Assembly: GCA_964016885.1 (NCBI GenBank)
Contig: OZ024740.1
Location: forward strand, 78,678,001-78,742,000
DNA: 64,000 bases
Origin: Eledone cirrhosa
Taxonomy: Eukaryota
Reading direction: 5' to 3'
Made by a program: the position numbers and the translations under genes. Under the pieces are notes generated by a model. It made no database searches. It was not told where the DNA came from and saw only the letters and a list, made by a program, of their open reading frames with translations. Shown here piece after piece: positions 44,345 through 56,968 of the stretch; the stretch's first letter is position 1, and every line of letters starts with the position of its first letter.

Positions 44345-44760
44345 CTTTTCCGTTCCTTCCTCTTCTCACTCTGTCTTTCTATTTCAGCCTTTATTTCTCA
44401 TTCTCTCTTCTGATGAAGGACTAGTGTCTGAAATGTAAAGACTCATTTCCTACTTTATCAAACTAATATATTTCTTCATTGTACTTTGTTGTTCCATTTA
44501 CATTTTGCAAGTGCACATGCACACGTTCACACACACACACACACAGGTACACGCACACACACACACGTACACGCACACACACACGTCAACAAGAGAGAAC
44601 AATACAGTAAAATGATGATATATATTAGTTTAACATTTGATACAGGAAGAAAAGATTTTTAATGTTTCGGATGCTAGTCCTTCATCAGAATATAGAATTC
44701 GAGAGATGATAAAATAGAAAGATGGACAGGAGTAAAAAAAAAAATTAAAAGAATTTTTGG
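44345..44760. mobile_element. Two convergent Penelope-pLTR-like fragments, each with a hammerhead core, around a (CA)n tract
   Basis: Plus: CTGATGA-AGGACTAGTGTCT-GAAA (44410-44433). Minus: CTGATGA-AGGACTAGCATCC-GAAA (44688-44665). Both share the downstream AAACTAATATAT block. Confidence 0.65.
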
Positions 44761-44788
44761 TAAATTATATATATATATATATATATAC

Positions 44789-45387
44789 CATCATCATCAT
44801 CATATGTCCATTCTTCCACGCTAGCATGGGTTAGATGGGTTGTTCTGTTGTGGATAGTGCCAAGTCGGGTGACCTTGTCTTGCTCATATGGGAACTGATT
44901 TTGGCTTGATTTCTACAGCTGGATGCCCTACCTCATTTACAGTGAGTGCTGGGTGCTCTTTTTCCGTGGTGCCTACACGACCACGTTACAGTGTGGGCTG
45001 GGTGCTTTTTTGTTGTGACACCTCCACGACCACTTTGCAGTGGGAGGGGGTGGGTCATATTGTCTATATACTTCAGCTTCGGCATGTTCCTGTGGGAAGT
45101 TAGGTCTTCTGTATTACTGCGTGACACCAGAGGTCACGGTCCTGTATCATTGCCTTTGAAAGGTGCAATTGGGTAAGGTCGGCTTTTATCACCTCATCCC
45201 AGGTTTTCTTGGGTCTTCTCATTCCAAGGCTTCCATCGACTTCTAGTGTCCTGCACCTTTTTATACAGCTGTCATCCTTCATACGCATCACATGTCCATA
45301 CCAACGCAACCTCCTTTCCTGCACACAGCATTTGATTCTTCTTATGCTCAGTCTCTCTCTGAATTTGTTTATGCTTTGCTGTTCGCA
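44789..45387 (-). mobile_element. RTE-C LINE 3' fragment (ORF end + 3' UTR + (GAT)n), flanked by (TA)n
   Basis: [30 protein letters not shown]; the UTR at 44890-45043 matches the SINE1 body. Confidence 0.88.
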
Positions 45388-45458
45388 TATATATATATAT
45401 ATATATATAACACATGCAAACATAATTATGTATATATTGATGTGCGTTATGTACTAGT

Positions 45459-46118
45459 ATCATCATCATCATCATCATCATTGTTTAACGTCCATCTTCC
45501 ACGCTTGCATGGGTTTGGATGGGAATTTTCCCACTTGAGGCAAGATTGGTTGTCCTGCTCGTATAGGACTGTCTGGCGGGTTTTCTACGGCTGGATGCCC
45601 TTCCTAACACCAACCACGTTTACAGTATGGACTGGGAGGTTTTTACTGTGCTACCTACACGACCACATTACAGCGTGAACTGTGTGTTATTTTGTCGTGA
45701 CACCTACACGTCTGGCGGGTTTTCTACGGCTGGGTGCCCTTCCTAACACCAACCACGTTTACAGTGTGGACTGGGAGGTTTTTACCGTGTTACCTACACG
45801 GCCACATTACAGCGTGGACTGTGTGTTTTTTTGTCGTGACACCTACACGACCTCATTTGTTTCGGACTGGATGTTGTGGTACCAACATAACTTAACATTT
45901 AAGGGGGTGGTGTGGATGGGGTGGGGGTAGTGGGACAGGGGTGTATTTTTGTTAGAGGTGCCTGCTGACTGTAGGTTTCGCTTTGTACTTAGGCAAGGTG
46001 GGTCTTCTGTATTACTATGTAGCGCCAAAGATCTCGGTCCAGTGACATTGTCTTGGAGAGGTGTAAGTGTGTGAGGTCGGAATTTATCAAGTCGTCCCAG
46101 GTTTTTCTGGGTCTGCCT
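45459..46118 (-). mobile_element. RTE-B 3' fragment with complete 3' UTR and a 139-bp internal tandem duplication
   Basis: 45760-46118 aligns with 30380-30743; duplicated units at 45571-45709 and 45710-45848. Confidence 0.88.
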
Positions 46119-46136
46119 ATATATATATCAAATAAT

Positions 46137-46322
46137 TGTTTCTATTTTAGGCACAAGGCCAGCAATTACCCAGTACATTACTGGTACTTTATTTTATCGA
46201 CCCCGTAAGGATGAAAGGCAAAGTTAACCTCGGCGGGATTTGAAATCAGATCATAAAGGGACGTAACTCTATGCTTCAAAGCATGGTGTCCGACTCTCTA
46301 CCGATACTGCCAATCCACCGCC
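46137..46322 (-). mobile_element. SINE3 copy
   Basis: Flanked on both sides by (TA)nTCAAATAAT; matches 43742-43945. Confidence 0.85.
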
Positions 46323-46897
46323 TATATATATATATATCAAATAATGGTAGTTAAGATGGGATTAAATCACCATAATTCTTCATTGCATGATATATATTTC
46401 TGTAACATGGTTATTCAATGACTTCGACATATGCTTACGCAATCATTGTGATATGCCAGTGGTCAACGATGTCTATCCAGGAGTGAAGTTGGTCGGCACG
46501 TATATATATATATATATATGTGAGTGTATATGTGTGTTCTCTCTACATATAATTTCTATTTACAGAAATCACTAAACTGAAACGACTTCTTCAAGAAAGT
46601 GAACTGGAGAAGAACCATTGGAAATCACGTTATGATTCAATTTCACTCGATTGTCAGAATGAAAAACAGGTTGGTCCTTCAATAATGTTTTTAAATTCTG
46701 TTTGTTTATTTTTTTTTTTTTTCTGTATTGAAATTTACCCAATTTGATATGTACTTCACCAAGCATTTAGTACAAATGGCAATTGTTAAATAGACCATGA
46801 AGCACAGCAATTTATTTAGATAATTACCATCCAAATTTGACATTTTTTTTTTCTAGAGAGAACATCATTTTAATTTTCATTTCACAATAACCTAGTG

Positions 46898-46993
46898 CTG
46901 GTGCCACAATAAAATAGTCCCAGTACTATCTGGTGCCACAATAAAATAGTCCCAGTACAATCTGGTGCCACAATAAAATAGTCCCAGTACAAT
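46898..46993 (+). repeat. 32-bp tandem repeat x3 derived from the RTE-UTR unit
   Basis: CTGGTGCCACAATAAAATAGTCCCAGTAC(T/A)AT three times. Confidence 0.9.
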
Positions 46994-47504
46994 CTGTAAA
47001 GTAGTCGTGCTGATGTCATGATGCACTCAGTACACTCTGTTTCGTCATAGTGCTATTGGTTTCAACAATGACGATTCAGTTGTTTGATCAACTAAATTTA
47101 TAACCCATTGTTTAACATGTAAGTTGTTGAATATTTTACACATGTACTTTTAACTTAATTTCTCATCAAAAATCAATTTGTTGCAATATGTGATGAGGCT
47201 GGAGCTCTGGGTTACAAATACAATACATCTGACAAGCTTCCACACAGTTTCTACCTACCCAATTTCACTCACAGGCTTGGGTGAACCTAAGGCTATGGCA
47301 AAAACACTTGACCAAGATGCCACACAGTGGGATCAAAACCCAAGACTTCATAGTTGTGATGTTGACTTCATAATCACACAGCCATTCTGGTGTCCACATG
47401 GAAATTAATATCCAATTAGTTGAATAAATGATTATACAAATTTATCTTATTGCCTATTTTTGAAAGTGTCTCATGATTTCAATAATATGTAAAATAAGTT
47501 TAAA

Positions 47505-48045
47505 ACTTATGTGCAGTAAAGCACCAGCCTCCTCATTCGGTAATCAGAAGAATGGAGGTAAGTGTAAAAGCCAAACTTGCTATCTTCAGTTCAGTATTCA
47601 TGCCAACCCTTACCTATGGTCATGAATCTTGAGTAATGACCAAAAGAATACGATCACGAATGCAAGCAGCTGAAATGGGGTTCCTCCTAAGGGTCTTTGG
47701 ATAAATGTTACTTGATAGTGTGCGTAGCTCAGAGATCAGAGAAACACTCCAGGTAGAGCTACTACTTTTCTGAATTGAAAGATCACAGCTCCGGTACTAT
47801 GGGATTGTGGTTACAATGTCTCAGGAAAGAAATGCTGGACAGATTTTATGGGTAAAATCAACTGGTAGAACACCCAGAGGTAGACTCCGAGCAAGATAGA
47901 TAACATCTATGAGATTGGCTGGTCTTGTTTGGGGATCCAGCTGGACCAGTTGCAGATGGTTGCTTGTGACAGGACACACTTGAAGGAGTATGTGAGGACT
48001 CTTGCCCTATGACCCCTCTCAGGTATAAGTGGACAAAGAAGAAAG
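47505..48045 (+). pseudogene. Rex3/Expander-like RTE ORF 3' fragment
   Basis: KAKLAIFSSVFMPTLTYGHES*VMTKRIRSRMQAAEMGFLLRV..IRETLQVELLL..IERSQLR. Confidence 0.75.
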
Positions 48046-48791
48046 TTGAAAACTACATTGTTTTCAGTATTAAAATTTATTTTTTGTTTGTAAGATCTTA
48101 ATTCATTTGTGGTTCTGGGGGTTTCTCTTGGAAAACTATTGTTGTACTCTGAGAGAGTCATACCGCCCATGAAAATACACACAAACTGGTTGCATTTCAG
48201 ATTGTTTATATTATTAATTGTTTAATTGTCAAAATTCTTTCATCACAGCTTGTCATCTAATCGGTGACAAGGTGCCCATCACTCACATCTTTATCACCAG
48301 CACTTTGTGTTCTGTTAATTTCTCAGAAACCAATAGTTGTGGTCGTGGAAAACTGTTATATTTAAAATGACATAGTTTTCTTTTGAAAAACTGAGTAATA
48401 TTTCAGTCTTTGACATCTTTTGATAACATTAGCTCAGGTTTGGTCTTAAACATCTTTTGATAACATTAATTCAGCAGGATTTTGAAGTCTTTTTAGTCAT
48501 CATTAAAACCTTCTAATTCTTCAGCCACCAAGTTTTGATTTGTTAGTCTGCTGTATTTTCTTTTTCACTAGTTTTTTACTTTTCCAAAGTTGTTAGTTGC
48601 ACTATAATTAACATATAAAATCAATACAAATTGTTTCATACACCTCTCTCTTTCTCTCTCTCTATCTTGATTGTATCCTCACCTAAACATATATTCTTTA
48701 ATTACTCTGTCATTTGATGATGGCCATGCTAGAGAACCACTATGATTTAGTTGATCATATTGACTCAGTACTTATTTTTTCAAGCCTGGAA

Positions 48792-49470
48792 CATCATCAT
48801 CATTTTATGTCCACTTTTCCATGCTTGCATGGGTTGGATGGATCTTATTTACCATAGCATCACTCCACTCAGCGTAACCCTTTATCATCTCTTCTATGAG
48901 CTTCAGTGATTTAGGATCAGCTTTAACCTCTTCCACCCAGGTCTTTCTTGGTCTTCCTCGGCTGCGGATTTCTTAGCACTTCTTTACCCAACAACCATCA
49001 TCCATGCACATCACATGTCCATACCACTCTTCTCTCCTGCAGACTACATCTTATTCCTCTTGTACCCAGCTTCTCTCTCAGTTCATCTATGCTTTGTCAT
49101 TCATGCACATTCAACAAACCATGCATATTTCATTTCTCTCCAGCCTTCACATTTCCTCTGTATTTACTGCTCATATTTCACTACCATGCAGCATCACGCA
49201 TCATGTTTCCAGTTTTCCACACTTGTCTCTTGGCCTTAATGGCTCTATTCACTGCACTGTTCTACCACCAGGTCACCCTCTGTCTGGCTGGTGCTTTACT
49301 CCAGTCATAAGTAGTCTATAGTATGTTGTCACACAAGAACTTCCAATTGTCTTCTATGCCACATGTATCTAACTCCTCTTCCCTCTCATCATATGTATCA
49401 TGTACAGTTTTACTGAACCTATACTTAACAGAGAGGTCCTTTAATTTCCATACTCTCCCCCTTCAGATTT
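48792..49470 (-). mobile_element. Old RTE-A-like copy with the RT region internally deleted
   Basis: Tail at 48792 and MLHGSE at ~49190 are joined directly to the pre-RT RVTWW/NWKFL region (49200-49460). Confidence 0.7.
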
Positions 49471-52298
49471 TCCTATATTTCTTGTTCTGACTTATTCTGT
49501 TGTCACTGTACATATTTTATTAATCTCCTTTCTGTTGAACTGCTAAACAAAGACACACAAACAAACATAGTAGACATGTATATGAGATGGGATTTTTCAG
49601 TTTCTGTCTATCAAATTTCACTCTAGGCATTAATCAATATGTAACTGTAGTAGAAGACACTGTCCCTATTTGCTGTGCAGCAGGACTAAACCCAGAACCA
49701 CATACATGGTTGTGAAACAAACTCTGTAACCACTTGGCCATGCCTTCACCTATACAATATTTTCTCCAGAAGTATTATCTGCTTTACATGTTAGCATAGT
49801 TTGGACAGGATAGAAGAAAAAAAAAATTAAGCGATGAAAGAAAGGCAAAGTGGTGACAAAGTGACAGACTGTACCCCCTAGTTTGAGCAGTATGTTTCAG
49901 CTGTGCTCCTTCCAAAAAATAGTGTAGGCATTGCCACAGAAAATGACCAGCAACACCCACTACAACAGCCACACTACCTCATGGAGCTTTGTCCTCAAGT
50001 AGGTTGCATCCTTCTCAATTTTGTGGAGGAAAACAGTTCAGGAAACGAGGACACCTGAGGTTTTGATGGTGAATGGCATGAAAAGGAAGCGGTTGGTTAA
50101 TCCCCCGTTTTTGGTTATCTTCCTCTCCTCTGCATTGGATAGGTTGTCATTGTCTGAATGATTATCATTACTTTTTCTACTTCTGTTTATTACAACTAGT
50201 ATTTCAAAATTTAATTTTACTAACCTCATCTAGTTTTCTTTCTCTACTAATTAACAATATGGATGTAGACATCCATATATAATGCACATTATCCCTCTTT
50301 TTTATAAAAAATAAAATTGTAAAAATAATGATTCTTCATTGTTAACACATTGAAATTGGAATGGTAGGCCAGTAGATTCAAAGATAATTGACTATCCTAC
50401 CAGCATTCCATTCTATCACACACTTTTGTTTATAACTGTTATTTACATCACTTCCTGCATAAATCAGTGCTCATTTTACATTGTTTCTTTGGTCTGAGTT
50501 CTTCAGTGAGACATTACTATGATTTTTGTCAAGTTTGTACATTAATGAATTTGTTTTTATTTTCTTTAGTTTAACAAATATCTTTTTCAGAGGTTTTTGT
50601 GCAGATGCCCAGGGCTGGGGGACTGCACATGGGGCAGTGGGTCAGAGTTCAGAGGGTTAAACATGAGATACATATTTCAATGTGGACTTAAGTTTTTGGA
50701 TAATGATTTTCATGCCTGGAGGTGATAATTTTGGCAATTGAAATTGAATGGAGACAATATAGGGTTTGAGAAGACTATTTAGCCTGATTTAACATGTGAC
50801 ATACTCTCTAGTGCTGGTGCCACAATAAAATGCACCCAGTACACCCTGTAAAGTAGTAGTGCTAATGTCACCAAAAATGCAGCCAGTACATCCTGTAAGG
50901 GGATTGACATTAGGAACTGTATCCAGCCATAGAAACCATACAAAATTTGGAATGTAACAAGCAAAAATTGGTCGTCCTGATCCAACTTGAGAATCTGACC
51001 AACATGGGTTAGGTAAAATGATGATAATGAAATCCATATAGAATACAACAACTGAAATAATTAATAATTCTCAAATTAATCAATACTTTCAGTAAGCTTT
51101 ATGTTATACATCTAGAGTTACTAATTTGCCTGATTTTTTTTCTGGCAATATCTGCACTTGTTACCTATCTTTGAATAAGTAGATATTTAAGCAAACAAAG
51201 CTATCTCAAATTTTTCTTTGTTTAACATCTTTTAGTTTTGTTTGTATTTAATTATGAGACCATTATTCCTCAAAATATCTTTTTAAGATCTGAAGTGCTT
51301 TTGATGTCAAGCAAAGTATATCTATTTTTTCTTTTTTAGAAGCTCTTGAAAAATAATTGTTATATGAATAAAAGAATTGGTCAAGAATAGACCATAAGTA
51401 AAATTAGTACTTGAGAGGGCTCTTATTTCATACACAGGATACCATAACAACTAAATATATACACTCTGGAGTGACCAAAGGCCAAAATTATTTCCCTTTC
51501 AATTTATTTTTTATCTTATTTTCTATCATATGCTTCAGTCTTAAGCATACTTACTCTTCTCTCAGTTTACAGTTGACACTAGTAATCTGATTTTAGTCTT
51601 CTTATAAAAAGCTTCTGAATAATGACTTTGTATCTCCACTTCTAGGAGGTCTATTGAAAATCTGCTTTGAGTTTTTTAGCTGATGTCAATGAGAAACATG
51701 ACTAAAATCATCAATGTGTGTAGCTAGCAATTGTAGTTACCTCAGGAAGTTGATAAGTGAACAAAAAATAAATAAAATATAATAAAATGAATAAAAATTA
51801 CATTGTATAGTTTTATAACAAAAAAGATAAACTTGGTTTTCTATACATGAAGTCATTTTTAAAATGTCTGTTACAATCCTAAGGACTTATAAAGGCCAGT
51901 TAGATGGTTTCCTTGAAAATACTGAATTAGCTTAATTTTGTTTTAAGGATACTTGTAAAGTACTATTATATTTTATTGTTTCCATATTTTGAATTAATTG
52001 CATGCTTCCAGATTATAAACAATGTAATAGTAATCTAGATAGCTTACAGTCTAGTACCACAATAAATTTTACATTTTCTATAAAATATTAGGCTTTTATT
52101 TGGAAGCATTAAGATTAAAGTTCCATTTTTATATATATATTTTTTTCTATTTATATTTTGATATGAAAATGAATGTTTATCATTGGTTTGTGAATTTATT
52201 CTCTTTAATCTTTATATAAGTTTCTTCTTCTGTGCCATTCTTTGGGGTAATACATCTGCTATTTTGTCTGCAGGAGTTGCAGTGATACAATAAAATTC

Positions 52299-52513
52299 CT
52301 AAACTCTTGTGATACCAAACCATCTGAAATGACCCATGGTATTTTATTACAAAACTGTTATATTTATCTAAAAACTTTCCATCATAATCTTATGTAAAAG
52401 CATTTGTTAAGCTATGCTCCAAACACCAACTTAATAATTCTTGATTATTTTCAAAACGATTTGGAAATTATATGCTGTGTGTTTTATGAGAAATATAGTA
52501 ATGAAAGGGTTAA
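52299..52513 (-). mobile_element. piggyBac-like MITE copy
   Basis: Ends AAAGGG-TTAA; interior shared with 3694-3930. Confidence 0.55.
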
Positions 52514-52619
52514 AAGTAAAAAAAAAATAGAATGTAAATAAAGAAAACAGGAACAAGACTACCTTTTATTTTATTACTGATTTAGTAAGCTGGTTTATAA
52601 ACTTTCATTAACATCCTCA

Positions 52620-54608
52620 GAACATCCTGAATTCAATATGGACAGCATGTGCAGCATCAGTGCCATGTCAGTAGAAAAACATCCTAAAAGTGCAATTTGG
52701 GAGACTACAGCAGTCCGTCTTGCCAGGAAAGAATGTTGTAATGCTGAACGTCAATACAAACTGCATAAATCAGATATCAATAGGAAAAAGCAAAATAAAT
52801 CATCCAACCCTGACAGTAAGGTGTTCTGGAAATATGTACACTCAAAGCAGAGGCCTCACTCTCCAGTTGGTCCTCTTCATAATCCCCACATAAGCCAGAT
52901 TACTGATGACCCCAAGGAATGCGCAGAACTCATTGCTGAATGCTATGCAGGCATTTTCACTGTTGAAGACCAAAATGTACCATCTCCACCACTTCTGACA
53001 TCAAATTCTATGACAACTATGGAAATTACACCTGCAATGCTGCGATGTCACCTGAAGAATAAACGCAACCATAGGAAGGACATCCAGCCATAGAAAACCC
53101 GCCAGACAGTCCTATACGAGCAAGACAACCAATCTTGCCTCAAGTGGGAAAATTCCCATCCAAACCCATGCAAGCGTGGAAGATGGACGTTAAACAATGA
53201 TGATGATGATGATGATGCCTCTCCTGGTATTGATGGTGTTACGTACCTGCTTCTCAAACGTGGTGGGTACTTCCTTCTGCACCAGCTATTACTCTTCTTT
53301 CAATTCTGTCTTAACACTGGTGCTACTCCAGAGCAGTGGAAAACTGCCAGTGTCATGCCTCTGTTCAAAAAGGGTGACTGCTCGTCGCCTGTCAACTATC
53401 ATACAATCAGTCTTATCCGGCCCTCGCAATTTGGATTTATCCCTAACTCTAGCTGCTGTGATCAACTTATCGAGTTTCTTGAAGACATCACCCGGATCAC
53501 TGGTGTATGTTGTTTACCTTGACTTTGCTAAAGCTTCTAATTCTGTGCCACACAAAAGACTTATGGCAAAACTCTCTGCAATGGGTGTGAAGGATGATCT
53601 TTTAAACTGGTTGAAGTCCTTCATTCTCAGTCGAAGAGAGGCAGTCAAGGTTCTAAGACAGCATTCCTCACCATATGAGATGTCATCTGGTGTACCACAG
53701 GGATCTGTTCTTGGTCCCCTTTTGTTTGTTGCATATATTAATGACATAAATGCCAACTTAAAGAATGCCACAGTACTGAAATACACAGAGGACATCAAAC
53801 CGTACCTTGAGATAAAAAGGACAGATCCTGAACACTATAGATCTTTTCTGCAATCAGACCTGGACACAATGCAGCAATGGATCACGAACAGGCAACTCAA
53901 GCTGGCTGTGGACAAGTGTACCACTATGCATTTTGGGAGGAAAAACCCAGCGTCCACATACTCCCTTCACAACACTAATATCAAGAAGTCTTCTTGTGAA
54001 CGTGACCTGGACATTACTATCAGCATCGATTTGTGTTGGATGAAGCACGTCTCTAAAATTGTCAAGAAGACCGAGGGTGTCTTAACATCACTCAGCAAGA
54101 CCTTTGTCAGCCGCTCTCCAGCTATCTATTTAAAGCAGTATATAGCTATGGTACGGCCACACTTAGAATTTGCATCACCAGTCTGGAACCCCTATCTTGC
54201 TCAGAACATTGACCTCCTGGAAACTGTTCAACTGATTTGGTAAACACACACAAAATTATTAACCATATTGCCAACAACAACTGTGAGCACCTCTTTGATT
54301 TCCATGTGTCTAACACACATGGGTATGCCTACAAAGTCAGGAAACAGCACAGCTCCCATGACTTTCGGAAACATTTTTTCATGTTCAGAGTTGCTGAAGC
54401 ATGGAACAACTGCATCCTTTAAAACCTCCATGCTTCCTGAAATTCGCCAAGACTATACCTGATATCCCCCCTCCATACACACATGTATATCACGACTCAT
54501 ACACTTTTCACTTTCCTGTCATTTGTACATTATTCTATGTACTATACATGCACCTTTGATGGGTTGTAGTGCATCTGAGCACTGTACACAATAATTTCAT
54601 TATTATTT
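52620..54608 (+). pseudogene. Decayed CR1-group LINE ORF2 with deletions and frameshifts
   Basis: KVFWKYV, YLDFAKA..VPH, SGVPQGSVLGPLLF, YTEDIK (mutated YADD), VRPHLEFASPVWNP; (ATT)n tail. Confidence 0.88.
53073..53217 (+). mobile_element. RTE-B 3' tail fragment inserted into the CR1 ORF
   Basis: Near-identical to the reverse complement of 45459-45606; removing it restores KRNH-ASPGIDG. Confidence 0.88.
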
Positions 54609-55749
54609 TATCATTTTATGTCTGTTTTCCATGCTGGCATGGTTCAAGTCAGTTCTTATTTGGAGTAGCTGTACTCCTCAACAAGTTAGAGGGCTACACC
54701 TTCCGTTCACAAGTGAGACATGGTCCTCCAACCTCTCTTACAGAATTTCTACTTCATGAAATATAGATACAAATTTGTATCTATATTTGCTTATTTCATG
54801 AAAGTATAAACATATAAAATGTATGCATTAGGCTGGTGCATACATTTCATATACATGTATGTGTACTTGTATATGTATAGAAACTACATCTTGAGCTCAG
54901 CCATTCCCCTCATGGTTGTAGGGTCTTCTTTCCTACCTACTAGGGAGTAAAATACTTCAATGTAAAGAGCAGTTTAAATTATTTGTTTGCCATATGAAGT
55001 TAAACAAACCGCAGCATAAAATCTTAAGTAGATAATGTTTTCATTTTAAGTATCCAATAATATGCCCCACGTATTTGTAGATATTTAGATTTTTGTTCTG
55101 TATCTTTGGCAATGTCATGTCATCTTAATTTATACATGTATGCACACACGCACATGCGCATGATGGTTACATCTCAATTTTGAGAATTGCCATCAGTTGA
55201 TCCATTTCTCATACATAGGTGAAATGAAAATGAATTTTTAGCCCTGTCAAGGACTTACATTCCCCTCTGCATATGCTGCGGCGAAGGGGAAAAGCCTTTT
55301 ATGGCTACACTCAGCCATGCCCATGCATCATGTGCGAAAGCCATTTCGATCAAGTGATGCTTGCACTGGACCAATCCCATTCCCTGAACAACAGTGACAG
55401 GTGTCCAATAAGAAGAACTGGTTAACATCATTGGGTGTCATTGAGTTACAAGTTTCTTTCTCTAAGGAAGATGTCCTAACAAGAGCCAGGGGTCTCTCAT
55501 TCATAGTGGACTAACCCCATGCTCAGGCACCAAACTGAGTATTTCCATGACTCATGCATGCATATATACACGCACACACAAACTACATATATATACATAT
55601 ATATTTATGCATAACATACATATGTATACACTATAGGATGGCTATTGACTCTGCTGAGTTCCTCCACCATTTGGCTGGGTTTTGTTTTTCACCCTGCAAG
55701 GTGTCCAAAAATCACCCTCCTCACATATATACATGTTTGTGTGTGTGTT

Positions 55750-56050
55750 GGACGTCCATTGGTTCTAATGATGGGTGTTCCAGTTGATTCATTTAAAAGT
55801 CTGCTTGTGAAATGAACATGGAAGTGGCTCAGCATTCTTTATGTAGTTCTCAGGGATATTCAGCATGAACTGTGTGACAAGACTGGCTCTTTGAATTACA
55901 GGTAAAGCTCATTTTTTTCCAACTGACTGGTCTGAAGAAATATAAAATATAGTGTCTTGTTCAATGCACTAGCTGGAATTAAACTCCCAACATTATGATA
56001 GTGAGCTGGACACACTAACCACTAAGTCACTAAGTCATGTGCCTTCACAC
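55750..56050 (-). mobile_element. Degenerate tRNA/CORE SINE with yet another 3' body
   Basis: CTTAGTGGTTAG..GAGTTTAATTCC..AACAAGACACT..AAATGAG..CTGTAATTCAAAG.GCCAG.CTTGTCACA. Confidence 0.55.
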
Positions 56051-56888
56051 ATACTTATTTTCATACACACTTAAATCAGTATTTTACCCATTCCTATTAA
56101 TGAGTCTCCTTAATCTCTTCCTTTCTGTGACAGCATTGAAGGGTATTTACAGAAATTTGTATAAGATATACCAATTTAGATTACATTAGTGTCATTGGCA
56201 GCTATCATGTGGGTATGGTAATTTTTAAATAACATTGGTTAATTTTATTTCAGTTCTTCTGTTTTGCTATCATCATCATTGTTAATGTCATTTTTACGTC
56301 TACTGTCTCTGTTTGTATGGGTTGGTCAGGTTGTTATGGTCCAACATTAGTCATGTCAGAGAATTGTGTCTTGTTCATATGTTCCATATTTTACAATGGT
56401 TTCTATGGTTGGATACTTTTCCTAATGCTAGCCACTCTACAGTGTGTATTGGGTGCATGTTATTGTGGTACCAGCACCACTACTTTAAAAAGTGTATTAA
56501 GTGCATTTTATTGTGGTAGCAGCACTACCACTTTACAAATTATACTGATTGCATTTTATCATGTCACCAGCACTATGCCTTTACATAAATTATATATTAT
56601 TTAATGGTACCATACTTTTTAACATTATGTATTTAAAATTTATTTGCTTCTTTGCTTTATGGTGTAAATGGCCTATTTCTTAGAACTCAACAGTAAACAG
56701 GAATTTAACAAAAAGAATTAAATTTCAGTTTCAAAATGACCCTTACACTTTTTTACATACAAAATTCCCTTTAAACTTTCTGCTATATATTAAAGAGTCT
56801 CTTTTATATAGATTATTTTGATCATCAAACCATAATCACAACTTTACTGTATCTAGTGGTCAAATGAGGTGTTAATATTTGAATTCTG

Positions 56889-56968
56889 ATTTTCAGTTAT
56901 ATAACTGTATTTTCAGTTATATAACTGTATTTTCAGTTATATAACTGTATCTTCAGTTATATTACTAT
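56889..56968. repeat. 20-bp tandem repeat x4 containing a 14-bp palindrome
   Basis: ATTTT-CAGTTATATAACTG-T; the fourth copy is degenerate. Confidence 0.9.
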
